DNA of 64,000 nucleotides from Patescibacteria group bacterium (GTDB lineage Bacteria > Patescibacteriota > Minisyncoccia > Phycocordibacterales > UBA918), in NCBI GenBank assembly GCA_040386275.1, contig JAZKFU010000003.1:46554-110553 (forward strand). Direction: 5' to 3'. This document shows, piece after piece, positions 1-9,492 of this stretch. Under the pieces are notes generated by a model. The model worked only from the letters and a program-made list of their open reading frames with translations. It did no database searches and was not told where the DNA came from. Numbering within the stretch: position 1 is the stretch's first letter; every line of letters starts with the position of its first letter. Position numbers and translations under genes: made by a program.

Positions 1-948
1 TTTACTGTAGAGCTGGGCAATATGAGAACCGGCAGTGACCGCAAGCAACGGTAACGCGAGCGTGAGAATGAGGGCAAAGGCACATAACACAATCAATCCG
101 ACCAAGAAGCCAAGAATACTGACCAGGAGAATCGTAATAAGTAGCGGCGCCATAAACACACAAACAAATCCAATAGCTGTTTTTACAAACACTCCCGTAC
201 GAACTGTACGTGCAAAGGTTTCGATATGACGTCGGAAAATCAAATAGAATGACAGCGTCGCAAATAACGACACCAAAAATGCAACGGCAAGCGAACGAAG
301 TGCCTGGGTGTTATCAGTCTCAACCGTGACATCGTTTTTTACAAGCGCACCCGAAATCGTGGCGCCCGGCGCTCGCACTACTTCACGATCACTGGTGTAC
401 GCAATATCTCCTGTCACGTTGGCCTGTTCACCGAGAGTGAGGGTGTGCACTGACACATCAATACCGCCTTTTACCGGACCATCCACTCGAACACTTTCCG
501 AGCTACCTAATAGCTTTCCATCAATTGCTCCTTCCACAATTAATTCTCCACCGTAAAAAAGGACATCACCTTTGATAGTGGCCTTTGATGAAATATTTAC
601 TTTACCACCCACCACAACCAAGTTACCGTCGATATTTTCCGTAATGGTCACTTGCCCGGCGATAATTCGAACGTCTTCTTTCACGGGAGACTGGATATTT
701 ACCGTACCGGCGAGCACTGCCAAATCTTCAGTTACTTCCCCACCAATAGTGACGTTACCGCCAATGACCGTGGTATCTCCTGTTACTTTACCGGCGAGGG
801 CCACCGTTCCCCCTACTACATAAAAACTCCCCTCAATAGACTGGTTTTCTGCCAAGGTAACTGTTTCTCCCGATCGGACCACTGTATTTGCAAATATCAG
901 CTGTACCGGCAACAGCACCAACAGACAACCCCATATAATATGTTTCAT
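1..948 (-). CDS. Polymer-forming cytoskeletal (bactofilin-like repeat) membrane protein, 3' end runs off the window
   Basis: Translated by hand from ATG at 948: signal peptide MKHIIWGCLLVLLPVQLIFA, repeated G-x-V-x-G-D-V beta-solenoid units (GKVTGDTTVIGGNVTIGGEVTEDL...), then several TM helices. Open to base 1. Confidence 0.75.
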   Translation of the reverse strand, partial: MKHIIWGCLLVLLPVQLIFANTVVRSGETVTLAENQSIEGSFYVVGGTVALAGKVTGDTTVIGGNVTIGGEVTEDLAVLAGTVNIQSPVKEDVRIIAGQVTITENIDGNLVVVGGKVNISSKATIKGDVLFYGGELIVEGAIDGKLLGSSESVRVDGPVKGGIDVSVHTLTLGEQANVTGDIAYTSDREVVRAPGATISGALVKNDVTVETDNTQALRSLAVAFLVSLFATLSFYLIFRRHIETFARTVRTGVFVKTAIGFVCVFMAPLLITILLVSILGFLVGLIVLCAFALILTLALPLLAVTAGSHIAQLYSK

Positions 949-988
949 AGTACCTAGTATTGCTTATTTTTACCTAAAATTCAATCGT

Positions 989-1072
989 CTAGAGCCAGTA
1001 TTGCAGGAACAAGAATACACCGACAACAGCAATTAATGCGAGCACTCCCAATATCAAAAACAACCGCTCCAT
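989..1072 (-). CDS. Putative 27-aa single-TM microprotein
   Basis: MERLFLILGVLALIAVVGVFLFLQYWL*. It fills the gap between co-oriented genes and is below the ORF-track cutoff. Confidence 0.45.
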   Translation of the reverse strand: MERLFLILGVLALIAVVGVFLFLQYWL

Positions 1073-1080
1073 AGTATTTT

Positions 1081-1251
1081 CTACGGTGTGTACACTACCG
1101 GCGACTGCAAAAAACTAATTAAAGAGAGCGCAATCACAACTACAATTATAGTTCCCAGAAAAAGCGCCACTCGCGGTCGCGAAAGTTCTTTTTTTCCGGT
1201 GTGCCAATTACGCACAAACAGAAAAGAAAATACAAAGTGCCAAAATGACAT
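1081..1251 (-). CDS. Putative 56-aa membrane protein
   Basis: MSFWHFVFSFLFVRNWHTGKKELSRPRVALFLGTIIVVVIALSLISFLQSPVVYTP*. It starts 3 nt after the upstream stop and has one clear TM segment. Confidence 0.6.
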   Translation of the reverse strand: MSFWHFVFSFLFVRNWHTGKKELSRPRVALFLGTIIVVVIALSLISFLQSPVVYTP

Positions 1252-1254
1252 AGG

Positions 1255-1581
1255 TTATGATAATTTCTTATACAGTGTACCAGTCAAAGCCAAAATGCTA
1301 ATCCCAAGTATCAACATCAAAAACGGATGTTGATCAAAGAACACAATACTAGACACAATTTTTTCAAACGCTAAAAAGGTTGTAGCCACCCCAAAGGTAG
1401 TCAAAAGCGAAAATAAAATGGGAAATCGCGTCAACACTGACGTACGTAACGGTGCGATGTATCCATCCATGTCTTTGGTAGCTTTAGTAACCACTCCATC
1501 TACAGTCTGTATAGCGCGCCCGGTTAAATCAACACTAGAAGACACCAGGTGAGTTTTGGTTTTAGTAATTGGTTCAAACAT
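1255..1581 (-). CDS. Hypothetical membrane protein (2 TM)
   Basis: 108-aa ORF tightly packed in the operon, with two hydrophobic segments. Confidence 0.7.
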   Translation of the reverse strand: MFEPITKTKTHLVSSSVDLTGRAIQTVDGVVTKATKDMDGYIAPLRTSVLTRFPILFSLLTTFGVATTFLAFEKIVSSIVFFDQHPFLMLILGISILALTGTLYKKLS

Positions 1582-1584
1582 ACA

Positions 1585-2598
1585 TTATTCTGGATTATAT
1601 GCGCCAAATACTTCTTTACCGCGCTCCCACATTGCTGGTTCATTTTGCAGGAGTAACCAATACCACCATTCACCACCCCAGAGATACTGCGTCGGGTACC
1701 GCGTATCGCGTGCGTACTCTAAAATATCATTGAATTTTTCGACATCCATGCGGGTAAACTGCGTAGCGAGGTCTACTTCAGTCACCGGCGCTACGAGCCA
1801 GGGTTCGGCTGAGAGCTCAATCAAGTAGGTTGGCTTTTCTCCGTACCGCAACGCAATAACTTTTTCCTTAGCGCGGTAAAACCATGGTGGCAAAAATGTT
1901 CTAAATTGACCCAACTCCGGATTCCAAAAATGTACGTACACACTGGTTCCAAACGCATCGCCATGACGATACGCTCCTTCCCATGTACCGAGATTACCGC
2001 TATCAGTGACGAGCACCGGTCTCGTACCATCAAGTGATTTAATTAAGGCGATTTCTTGCTCCAAAAATGCCTCATCCAAAGCGCCACAGTGTTCAAATGC
2101 AAATAGACTAAGGTATGGTTCATTTTCCACTTGCCACATTGTAATAGCAGGACTATCTTTATAGCGATTAATGACCGTTGTCATGTACTCTACAATCTCA
2201 GCCTTTTGAATGTCCCAACTTTGTTCCCGTGCCCAATCAGGCACATGACATTCAGGCCACCGTGGCAAACGTCTGCCTACCGCTAACACGACTGTCGCGC
2301 CAACTTCTTCGGCTTTTATTACCTGGTAATCCAATTCTTCAAAATTATAAATATCTTCACGTGGCTCAATCATCGGCCAGTGTGCCGCGAGACGCAAATG
2401 GCGTATTTGCATTTCATCAAGTAACGCGTCATACGTCTGTTTCCAATCAAGACCCAATTCTCGAGCGTACATAGTATTAAAAGACATACCATAGGTAATA
2501 GTTTCCGGAACCGGTTTGCGCGCCAACACCCACACAATAATACTGAGTACCAGTATCAAAATGATAAGACCAACCACAACCCGTTTAAACCATTTCAT
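1585..2598 (-). CDS. Membrane-anchored clan GH-A glycoside hydrolase (GH42/GH5-like, beta-galactosidase-like)
   Basis: N-terminal TM anchor; W-x-x-IEP-x-x-x-x-YNF-x-x-LD; WQVENEP acid/base motif; IELSAEPW nucleophile region. Confidence 0.7.
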   Translation of the reverse strand: MKWFKRVVVGLIILILVLSIIVWVLARKPVPETITYGMSFNTMYARELGLDWKQTYDALLDEMQIRHLRLAAHWPMIEPREDIYNFEELDYQVIKAEEVGATVVLAVGRRLPRWPECHVPDWAREQSWDIQKAEIVEYMTTVINRYKDSPAITMWQVENEPYLSLFAFEHCGALDEAFLEQEIALIKSLDGTRPVLVTDSGNLGTWEGAYRHGDAFGTSVYVHFWNPELGQFRTFLPPWFYRAKEKVIALRYGEKPTYLIELSAEPWLVAPVTEVDLATQFTRMDVEKFNDILEYARDTRYPTQYLWGGEWWYWLLLQNEPAMWERGKEVFGAYNPE

Positions 2599-2647
2599 AA
2601 ATTGATGTTTAAGTATTACTAATATTTAATAAATCATTTAACTCGCA

Positions 2648-2770
2648 ATGACTTTCAGAAACGAGTACAGTGCTAGGCGCGCAAGGACTTTTCTTGTAGA
2701 CGTACTTCTTGTACGGCGGAAAGAAAAGTATCGCAGCGCAACAACGCAATGTGCCGTTTCTGGAAGTCAT
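2648..2770. mobile_element. MITE-like palindromic element
   Basis: Terminal inverted repeats ATGACTTTCAGAAACG / CGTTTCTGGAAGTCAT, internal CTAGGCGC, central CGTACTTCTTGTACG hairpin, and ACAACG. Related copies lie elsewhere in the window. Confidence 0.7.
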
Positions 2771-2771
2771 A

Positions 2772-3704
2772 TCAAGTGAATAAGATGAAATAGCCTGCGG
2801 TAATTACTAAAACATACAGCACCCGCCGCATGACTTCTTTTGGCTTCGCCTCATGAGTGGCGACACTATCGGGCAATAGTGAAGCAAACACAATCGTGAT
2901 TAATAAAATAAATACAAATTTCACTCCATCAAGCGCTTGCACTACCGCCACGTCTCCCAAGTCTGTTGCTTTAAGCAAGAGGAAGGCGGCAACTCCGGCT
3001 AGAATTTTGGCGAGTATCACTAATGCACCGGTCTTTTTAGTAGTTGTACCGGTTTGTTCACGAATTTTTTTGTAGTAGGTAGGGACAAGTAACAGTGAGA
3101 GCGCGAAGAGTACAAAACAGACGCGCGACCAAAAGAAACCATCGTCAAAGTTTGTTTCGAGGAACAAACCCTTCATGGTAATAAAGTGGAGCGCAAAAAA
3201 TAATCCACTGTGAAAAACATGGATGACGTCTTCCATCTTAGGAATGGTTTGTGCTACCAAAAGTGTTCCTAAAGACAGAACTACCACACCCCACATAAAA
3301 TTGGGCGAAAACGCCACATCCAAAAACAAATACACCATTCCGAATGACGAAATGGCCGACACTGCCCCAATCACCGGCATCACGTTTACTGCCTCTGCGT
3401 TACGCAAAGCCGAGTACATCGATACGAGGGCCATAAAAAACGTGTAGGCAGCCAAAAACGACATTGATACCACCTGAATAGTCGGCGACTCAACATTAGA
3501 GAAATGAGGAAACCCGACGGATCGTAACCCGGGAATAAACCCCACCAAATAAATCACCACCCAACCACCAGTTAAAATACACGAATAAAACGCGTAGACG
3601 AAGGGTCGTGGTAGAGCCTTATCGTCAGAAACAATATATTTATCGAGGAATGCCACCAACGCATTAAGGAATTGCCCGAGAGTTGCGAGTAATATCCATG
3701 CCAT
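2772..3704 (-). CDS. EamA/DMT-superfamily membrane transporter
   Basis: 310 aa with about 10 TM helices in two repeats. Confidence 0.7.
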   Translation of the reverse strand: MAWILLATLGQFLNALVAFLDKYIVSDDKALPRPFVYAFYSCILTGGWVVIYLVGFIPGLRSVGFPHFSNVESPTIQVVSMSFLAAYTFFMALVSMYSALRNAEAVNVMPVIGAVSAISSFGMVYLFLDVAFSPNFMWGVVVLSLGTLLVAQTIPKMEDVIHVFHSGLFFALHFITMKGLFLETNFDDGFFWSRVCFVLFALSLLLVPTYYKKIREQTGTTTKKTGALVILAKILAGVAAFLLLKATDLGDVAVVQALDGVKFVFILLITIVFASLLPDSVATHEAKPKEVMRRVLYVLVITAGYFILFT

Positions 3705-3711
3705 TATACCT

Positions 3712-4935
3712 CTATTCTACTACAGCATTCGTGATACAAATTTGTTTATACACGTACGCAGAGGAACGAGGGGTTCGCTCTTGCGTAGCGTAATCTACCG
3801 CAATTAATCCAAAGCGCATTCCAAAGCCTAGTGCCCATTCGTAGTTATCAAGCAATGACCAGTACATGTGCCCGCGTACGTCAGCTCCTTTTTCAATGGC
3901 CCGCCAGGTTCCTAACACTTGTCCTTTAATATATTCAGCCCGCATACTATCAGCAGCGTCAGCAACGCCACCTTCTGACACAAACAAAGGTTTGTTGTAG
4001 CGCGCGAGCATCATGAGCGCTGTTTCAATTTTTTCTGGCGCAAAATTCCAATCCATGTCAGTCTTCCGCCAGGTTCTGTCGTCACCAAACTGCGTATAAA
4101 AATAATAATTAAGACCAATCGAATCACAACAGTCTTTCGTGCGATTCATAAATTTGTAGGTCCAATTGTAGTTTGCGATACGGGCTTTGATTTTATTAAC
4201 GAGACTCTTGTTCGCATCAAACACAATTACATGGTGCACAAAACTAACTTCCGTAGTTGGGGAAACTTTTTTAATGGCTTTGTAGGCTGCATTGTGACTT
4301 TTGGCCAAATTTTTCATCACCCGCAAATACAGAAATAACGGATTGATGCCTTTACTCGCTCTTGAATCAAGCATTTTGCCAGAGTTCGTAATAGAAATTA
4401 CATCCGTTACCGCAAAGCGTTTAAATGGAGGCCAACTACCGCGCAACCAGCCGTTACTCGCAAATACATTCGGTTCGTTCATGGTAGAAAAGTGATCACA
4501 AAGGTCACCTAATTGCTCCACTACGTACGCACAATACCGCGCAAAAATTTCGGGTGAATTTTTTTGTTCAAAGCTCCCTTTTTCAGAAAACCATAGTGGT
4601 TGAGTAAAATGCCAAATTGTAACGTAGGGTTTTAGTCCGCGTGCATGTAGGGCCTCGAGCACCTTTCGGTAGTGAACTATTGCCTCTTCATTAAATTTTC
4701 CTGGGGTAGGCTCAATCCGCGCCCACTCGACAGATAATCGGTGTGCGGTGTGGCCAAGCGATTTAGCTAAATCAAAATCAGCTTCGTACCGATTATAGTG
4801 ATCACAAGCGATTCCACATTCAGGCACGCGTCTTGCCCGAGCCGCTTCGGCCCAGTCGGTGTTATCAATACCGCCTTCGACTTGATAACTTGCCGTAGCC
4901 GAACCCCAGTAAAATCCTTCGGGAAATTTTTTCAT
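3712..4935 (-). CDS. Glycoside hydrolase family 1 (beta-glucosidase)
   Basis: FPEGFYWGSATASYQVEG, RLSVEWARIEP, TMNEP acid/base, VSEGG nucleophile, WSLLDNYEW. Confidence 0.95.
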   Translation of the reverse strand: MKKFPEGFYWGSATASYQVEGGIDNTDWAEAARARRVPECGIACDHYNRYEADFDLAKSLGHTAHRLSVEWARIEPTPGKFNEEAIVHYRKVLEALHARGLKPYVTIWHFTQPLWFSEKGSFEQKNSPEIFARYCAYVVEQLGDLCDHFSTMNEPNVFASNGWLRGSWPPFKRFAVTDVISITNSGKMLDSRASKGINPLFLYLRVMKNLAKSHNAAYKAIKKVSPTTEVSFVHHVIVFDANKSLVNKIKARIANYNWTYKFMNRTKDCCDSIGLNYYFYTQFGDDRTWRKTDMDWNFAPEKIETALMMLARYNKPLFVSEGGVADAADSMRAEYIKGQVLGTWRAIEKGADVRGHMYWSLLDNYEWALGFGMRFGLIAVDYATQERTPRSSAYVYKQICITNAVVE

Positions 4936-4949
4936 AATTAAATGTTTCT

Positions 4950-5036
4950 CTTCTTACAGAAGCTGTACACCTTGTCAGTATTTTTTACAAAAATACTAGG
5001 CAAGGTCTTGCGAAAGTGCCTATGCACTTTCTCACC
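4950..5036. repeat. Structured core repeat module between two copies of the GH1 5' end
   Basis: The minus strand reads GGTGAGAAAGTG-hairpin-CACTTTCGCAAGAC-hairpin-GTGTACAGCTTCTGTAAGAAG. The same module lies inside 5155-5379 and 14848-15085. Confidence 0.7.
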
Positions 5037-5154
5037 CCAATAGAATTCTTCGGGAAATGTTTTTTTCAACCCGTTAGAAATTTGTTTGTCCATATGAATT
5101 GTAAATAAGTCTAACAGATTAAATCATTTTAAATATTTGTCATTATACCCTAAA

Positions 5155-5379
5155 GACTTTCAGAAACGAGTACAGTTCTAGGTGAGAAGTGACTCAATGT
5201 CACTTCGCAAGACTCATTGAGAGATTTTACAAAAATATCCAATGAGTGGACAGCTTCTGTAAGAAGGGCAAGGAAATTGTACAAAATGCGGTCCAGCGAT
5301 TTTCCTTAGGAGGAAAAATCGGGACATAAATTCAGAATAATCGCTTCGCTCATTTCTTCATTTGCCATTTGTGAAAGTT
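5155..5379. mobile_element. MITE-like element (long form)
   Basis: Starts GACTTTCAGAAACGAGTACAG and ends CATTTGTGAAAGTT (imperfect TIR). Its first ~100 bp are nearly identical to 14848-15085. Confidence 0.7.
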
Positions 5380-6012
5380 CTAGACTAGACTAACAATCAT
5401 TAAGGTAGCTGCCACCAAGAATAATGAATACTCTACCACAGACACCCAATTTGGACGTAAATACCAGTAGATAATCCAATCATCCACCCCAAATCTAGTG
5501 ATGTAGTCCTGTAATTCATTTTCGGTCCACGACACCATAAAGCGTAATTTTGTTTCTTCAATCGGTAATTGTTTTAAATACCCACCGTCTGCGAGCATAG
5601 AACGTAAACGATTAGCGCGGCGTCCAAAAAATTTGTAATGACGCGTCGAAAGTGGCCACAGCAATTGAAGCCCCCAGCCAGTACCATATAAATCATTTAA
5701 TAAATGGAGCGTCACGGCGAGCACAATAATCAATCCCCAAAATCCGCCCCACAGAAGTACTGGTGTAAAAATAAGTAACGAAATGATTGGATAATGCAAA
5801 AATGTCCGGTGGTCTCGGGTGTAGCTGGCGTCAGTACTGACTTTCCCTCGTTTTAGTATCTCCGGAATCGCATCAATATCAGGCAACATCGCAAGCGGTA
5901 GCCCGATTAAAAAATACCACCAGAGTGGTTCGATATCATAGACAGCACACGCAATCAACACTGCAAAAATTCCATTCGCAAAATCCGCCAACAACGCCAG
6001 AATTGATTTCAT
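5380..6012 (-). CDS. Membrane-bound metal-dependent hydrolase (YdjM/DUF457-like)
   Basis: LPDID, HRTFLHYP, LHLLND and GLQLLWP motifs plus TM helices. Confidence 0.75.
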   Translation of the reverse strand: MKSILALLADFANGIFAVLIACAVYDIEPLWWYFLIGLPLAMLPDIDAIPEILKRGKVSTDASYTRDHRTFLHYPIISLLIFTPVLLWGGFWGLIIVLAVTLHLLNDLYGTGWGLQLLWPLSTRHYKFFGRRANRLRSMLADGGYLKQLPIEETKLRFMVSWTENELQDYITRFGVDDWIIYWYLRPNWVSVVEYSLFLVAATLMIVSLV

Positions 6013-6064
6013 ACTAAAAGTATAACAAAAGGCGCGCTTTGTGGGCGCACCTTTCCTTTATAAC

Positions 6065-6484
6065 TTACACCCAGGCAATTTCACCTAAGTCTTTAATCAT
6101 CGATACACTGGAAGAATCTTCTGATGAACGATCAGGTCTGAAACGATGTGCCGGCACCATTCTGCCATTCCGGATCAGTTCGCCTGCGACACCTTTGGTA
6201 TTCTCTACCCAAAAGCTTACCGGTTCAGTTCCTACTCGAACCATCACAAACCTAGTCCGAAGCACTTTCCGATACCGCATCTTATGCAAGCCTGATGCAA
6301 AAAAGAGACGATACCCACCATCATGGCCATGACCGTGCCAACCCATCACTTGGAGACAATGCCAGTCTTGCATAAAGCGCCACAGTATTGGCACCCTTTT
6401 AGACACCGCTGATTTGTCAGCCGAAAAGGTCACTGCCGAAGCAAAAGGTACCTTATCGTTTACCTCTTCCCACCATAGTCCCAT
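6065..6484 (-). CDS. Hypothetical protein (orphan)
   Basis: 139-aa ORF preceded by SD-like AAGGGG, with a hairpin downstream. Confidence 0.55.
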   Translation of the reverse strand: MGLWWEEVNDKVPFASAVTFSADKSAVSKRVPILWRFMQDWHCLQVMGWHGHGHDGGYRLFFASGLHKMRYRKVLRTRFVMVRVGTEPVSFWVENTKGVAGELIRNGRMVPAHRFRPDRSSEDSSSVSMIKDLGEIAWV

Positions 6485-6531
6485 TTGAATATCCCCTTGA
6501 TGTTTCTAAAGGAATTAAACTACAAAAAACA

Positions 6532-7263
6532 TTAAAAATCAAGGGTGGCCAAGAAATTAACCGGCGCTAAGTTTTTAAGCCAGACGGTATACAATTCTTT
6601 AATCGCCACTACATCCTTCAGATTATAGAGAGCAATATCACGAAATTGTTTTTTAGAAAACAAATTTGCTACTAGCGTTCCTCGTATCCCATCTAGATTC
6701 GGGCTGGTGATTCCATATGAGCGGCACAAGAGGTGCAATGTTGGTCGGTTACGCATCGCACCGTACCAGGTAAGTTCATCGAGCACATCAATATGATACG
6801 GCATTGATTGCTGAGTCAGGTAGCGATATTTCATTAGCTCTTGAGTCGGCTGAATACCATGCGAAAGCGAACGATGGATAATGTACGGCATAGCAAACGC
6901 ACGGCCGTTAAACGTAACAAACGTGTCGTACTCACGCGCCCCTTCCCAAAACTCTTCCAAGAGTGAGGCTTCTGAACGATTTTTTAAAATAAAGTCTCCC
7001 ACCACTTCGTCTGATTCCCCGCCAGTACCGACATAATACACAGCCCCGTGGGCTCGTTCCAAATCGTATACTCCTAAAGCCACAATTCGTCCGGTAAACG
7101 GTGACAAGCCTAGTTCGTTTTGCACAGTAGTGAGTAACCCCTCTCGTTCTTCGTTAGTGCGTACCTTACGGTCAATCCATGCACGCAAACTGTTTTGGGT
7201 AACCGCATCCAGACTATCCCACGATTCGCCCACTGTTTCTATATCCAAGATAAGTGTGCGCAT
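6532..7263 (-). CDS. DEDDy 3'-5' exonuclease / RNase H-like domain protein (PolB-exo-like)
   Basis: ExoI ILDIET, ExoII-like FNGRAFAMPY, ExoIII YNLKD. Confidence 0.8.
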   Translation of the reverse strand: MRTLILDIETVGESWDSLDAVTQNSLRAWIDRKVRTNEEREGLLTTVQNELGLSPFTGRIVALGVYDLERAHGAVYYVGTGGESDEVVGDFILKNRSEASLLEEFWEGAREYDTFVTFNGRAFAMPYIIHRSLSHGIQPTQELMKYRYLTQQSMPYHIDVLDELTWYGAMRNRPTLHLLCRSYGITSPNLDGIRGTLVANLFSKKQFRDIALYNLKDVVAIKELYTVWLKNLAPVNFLATLDF

Positions 7264-7273
7264 ACTCCATAGT

Positions 7274-8050
7274 TTAGAGGGCCACTGGTATCGCTACAAA
7301 ACAATTAAGCAACATGTCTCGTTCGGGAGAGAGATAGTACCGATACACACCCCCTACGGTAGCCCCGCCACATTCATCAGTATCAATACTTGAGGTTTTG
7401 CCAAACAACGTTAACCCGTCAATCGTGTAGCCAATCAACGTACTTTCCCCACTACCACTATACGCAGCCACGTCAGAGTTACGAATCGGCATTCCCGTTG
7501 GTGAAACCGCCACAATATCCGACGCAATACAATCAGTCACTCCCAAATCACCTGACCGGAGTGGTAACGTAAAGACAATGGTAGGACTGGTGGTTGTAAT
7601 AGTGCTCGAGGCATCTCCCATGACAGTTTCCATTTTAGAAAACGTACGTTGTCCCGCTGATTCACTGTAGAGTAATCCACCGGTTAATTGCGGCACATTA
7701 ACTGCTCGATAATTTGCACACAACTGCACGGTTGCGACTGTTTCTGGCTCTGTTTCCTCACTAGTGGTAGCAGTCACGTCAGGTTCTGTATTTACTTCCT
7801 CTGGAGTGGGCGCTAGCGCCACATCGGTAAAGGTTGATAGTTTCTTGCGTAACGCTTCTAATCGGCTTTGTTTATCATCAGTCGGAGTGCCGATTTCTGC
7901 TGTCATGGTTGCAGTTTCAGTCCCAAACAACATCTCTCGATAGCTCGTAGTTGAACTACCGTCAGCGGAAAACCAAAGCGTCAGCACAATACCGGCAAGC
8001 AAAAACGCCAGCAATAAAATAAACAAAAAGAAATTCCGCGTCCGTATCAT
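7274..8050 (-). CDS. Membrane-anchored exported protein with degenerate YHYH-like C-terminus
   Basis: Likely start is ATG 8050 (MIRTRN...). N-terminal TM; C-terminal LIGYTIDG...DECGG...YRYYL. Confidence 0.6.
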   Translation of the reverse strand: MIRTRNFFLFILLLAFLLAGIVLTLWFSADGSSTTSYREMLFGTETATMTAEIGTPTDDKQSRLEALRKKLSTFTDVALAPTPEEVNTEPDVTATTSEETEPETVATVQLCANYRAVNVPQLTGGLLYSESAGQRTFSKMETVMGDASSTITTTSPTIVFTLPLRSGDLGVTDCIASDIVAVSPTGMPIRNSDVAAYSGSGESTLIGYTIDGLTLFGKTSSIDTDECGGATVGGVYRYYLSPERDMLLNCFVAIPVAL

Positions 8051-8109
8051 AGTACTATCATAACAAAGATAGCGGGCTTTGCCCGCTATCGTATCCACCT
8101 TTAAGGAAG

Positions 8110-9381
8110 TTACTTAATCTTTATTTTAACCAATTGCTCCACTCGCCTAATATCAGCTAACAATGCGCCTCGATTAGTGTTACTCATATATAAATTAAAG
8201 ACTGATTTACCACCATTTCGAGCAAACATTGCACGGTCACCAATTTTTTTATTGATTTCAATTTTATAAAACGATTCTAATTGTTCAATTTTTTTTATTC
8301 CCGTCATTGAAGTAATGACACCCTCTTTGGGTAAAAACCATTTCATGTACACAGCGGTGCCACTACATTTTTTTGGTATTTTTGGCTTACGAGGAATGCG
8401 AATTAAAATATCATTGAGTGGGTGATCAATATTACAACTAAGAGAATAGAGCTTATCTCGTGCACCGCCCATACGTGGACCAACTTCAATCACTTTAAAT
8501 TCCCCATCGATTTTCATTAATTCAGTGTGCGCTGTAGTACTTCGCAACCCTAAGGCATGAATAGCAGTCTCAGCCACCCGCTCAGCGCGTTCTATTGTAT
8601 CTCGCTTTAATATAGTGGGGGTCATCTGTTGATAGCCATAAAAATCTTGATGTCCAATATCTTTACCGGTTTTTACGCGCACTAATGGCAAATGATATAC
8701 CCCACCTCGTGAATTAACATAACTATCAATGGAATAGATATCCCCCTCCATATATTCTTCAGCAAGAAGTTTAGGCTCTTCTAGACGCTTATCTTTTTCG
8801 TAGGCTTTTCGAATTTTACGAAAACAGGTCGCTAGTGCTTTCTTAAGTTCATCTTCGTGGTAGCAAATTGAAACAAACAAACTACCCGACAAATTTGCCG
8901 GCTTAATTATCATGGGAAAACCAATTTTTTCAATGAGGCGTTTACTTTCTTTTTCAGAAACGTCTTTAATGAGTGTAAAACGAGGAGTCATTTTTGGGTC
9001 GTACACTTTAAAACGCTTACGCATTTCATATTTATCAGTGGACCATGACAAAGAATCACTGGTTGGTGTCCGCAAATACGGCACATGAGGAATAATTTTT
9101 GCAAACCGGGCAATATTTGTTTCAGTACGACAGGTTATTGCGAGCAGTTCATCTTGGTATGGAAAAAGAGCTTCGCTAATTTTACTTGGTTTTGTAAAAT
9201 CTATTTGTAATACAATATCAAAACGATCTGCATTTACCGGTAGCGGTGTTTTATTGTCCCAAATTAACATCAATCTATATGCAGTTTTGGTATCTTCGGC
9301 GTATTTTTTAAGACTGCGTACAGAAGAACCGTGAGCACTCATCACAAAAGCTATGATATTTTTTAAATCAGCTTTTTTCAT
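8110..9381 (-). CDS. ATP-grasp domain protein (amino-acid/peptide ligase-like)
   Basis: DKYEMRKRF, GFPMIIKP, LAEEYMEG and HTELM...VIEVGPRMGG motifs. An alternative TTG start lies at 9390. Confidence 0.85.
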   Translation of the reverse strand: MKKADLKNIIAFVMSAHGSSVRSLKKYAEDTKTAYRLMLIWDNKTPLPVNADRFDIVLQIDFTKPSKISEALFPYQDELLAITCRTETNIARFAKIIPHVPYLRTPTSDSLSWSTDKYEMRKRFKVYDPKMTPRFTLIKDVSEKESKRLIEKIGFPMIIKPANLSGSLFVSICYHEDELKKALATCFRKIRKAYEKDKRLEEPKLLAEEYMEGDIYSIDSYVNSRGGVYHLPLVRVKTGKDIGHQDFYGYQQMTPTILKRDTIERAERVAETAIHALGLRSTTAHTELMKIDGEFKVIEVGPRMGGARDKLYSLSCNIDHPLNDILIRIPRKPKIPKKCSGTAVYMKWFLPKEGVITSMTGIKKIEQLESFYKIEINKKIGDRAMFARNGGKSVFNLYMSNTNRGALLADIRRVEQLVKIKIK

Positions 9382-9492
9382 AGCGGTCAATAATTAGGAA
9401 ATGAAGGTTAGAGAGTGGGAAGTTTGCTTTTTTTGCGCTCCCAAATTTGATTTATAATACCACATATGTTATAAAATAGCAACATTTAACCT

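Noticed and set aside
35-957. Plus-strand ORFs 35-229, 308-556, 572-823, 652-957
   Set aside because: They are antisense shadows of the minus-strand gene 1-948. The many similar ORFs opposite the ATPase, xseA, dnaX, topA and parB were rejected for the same reason.
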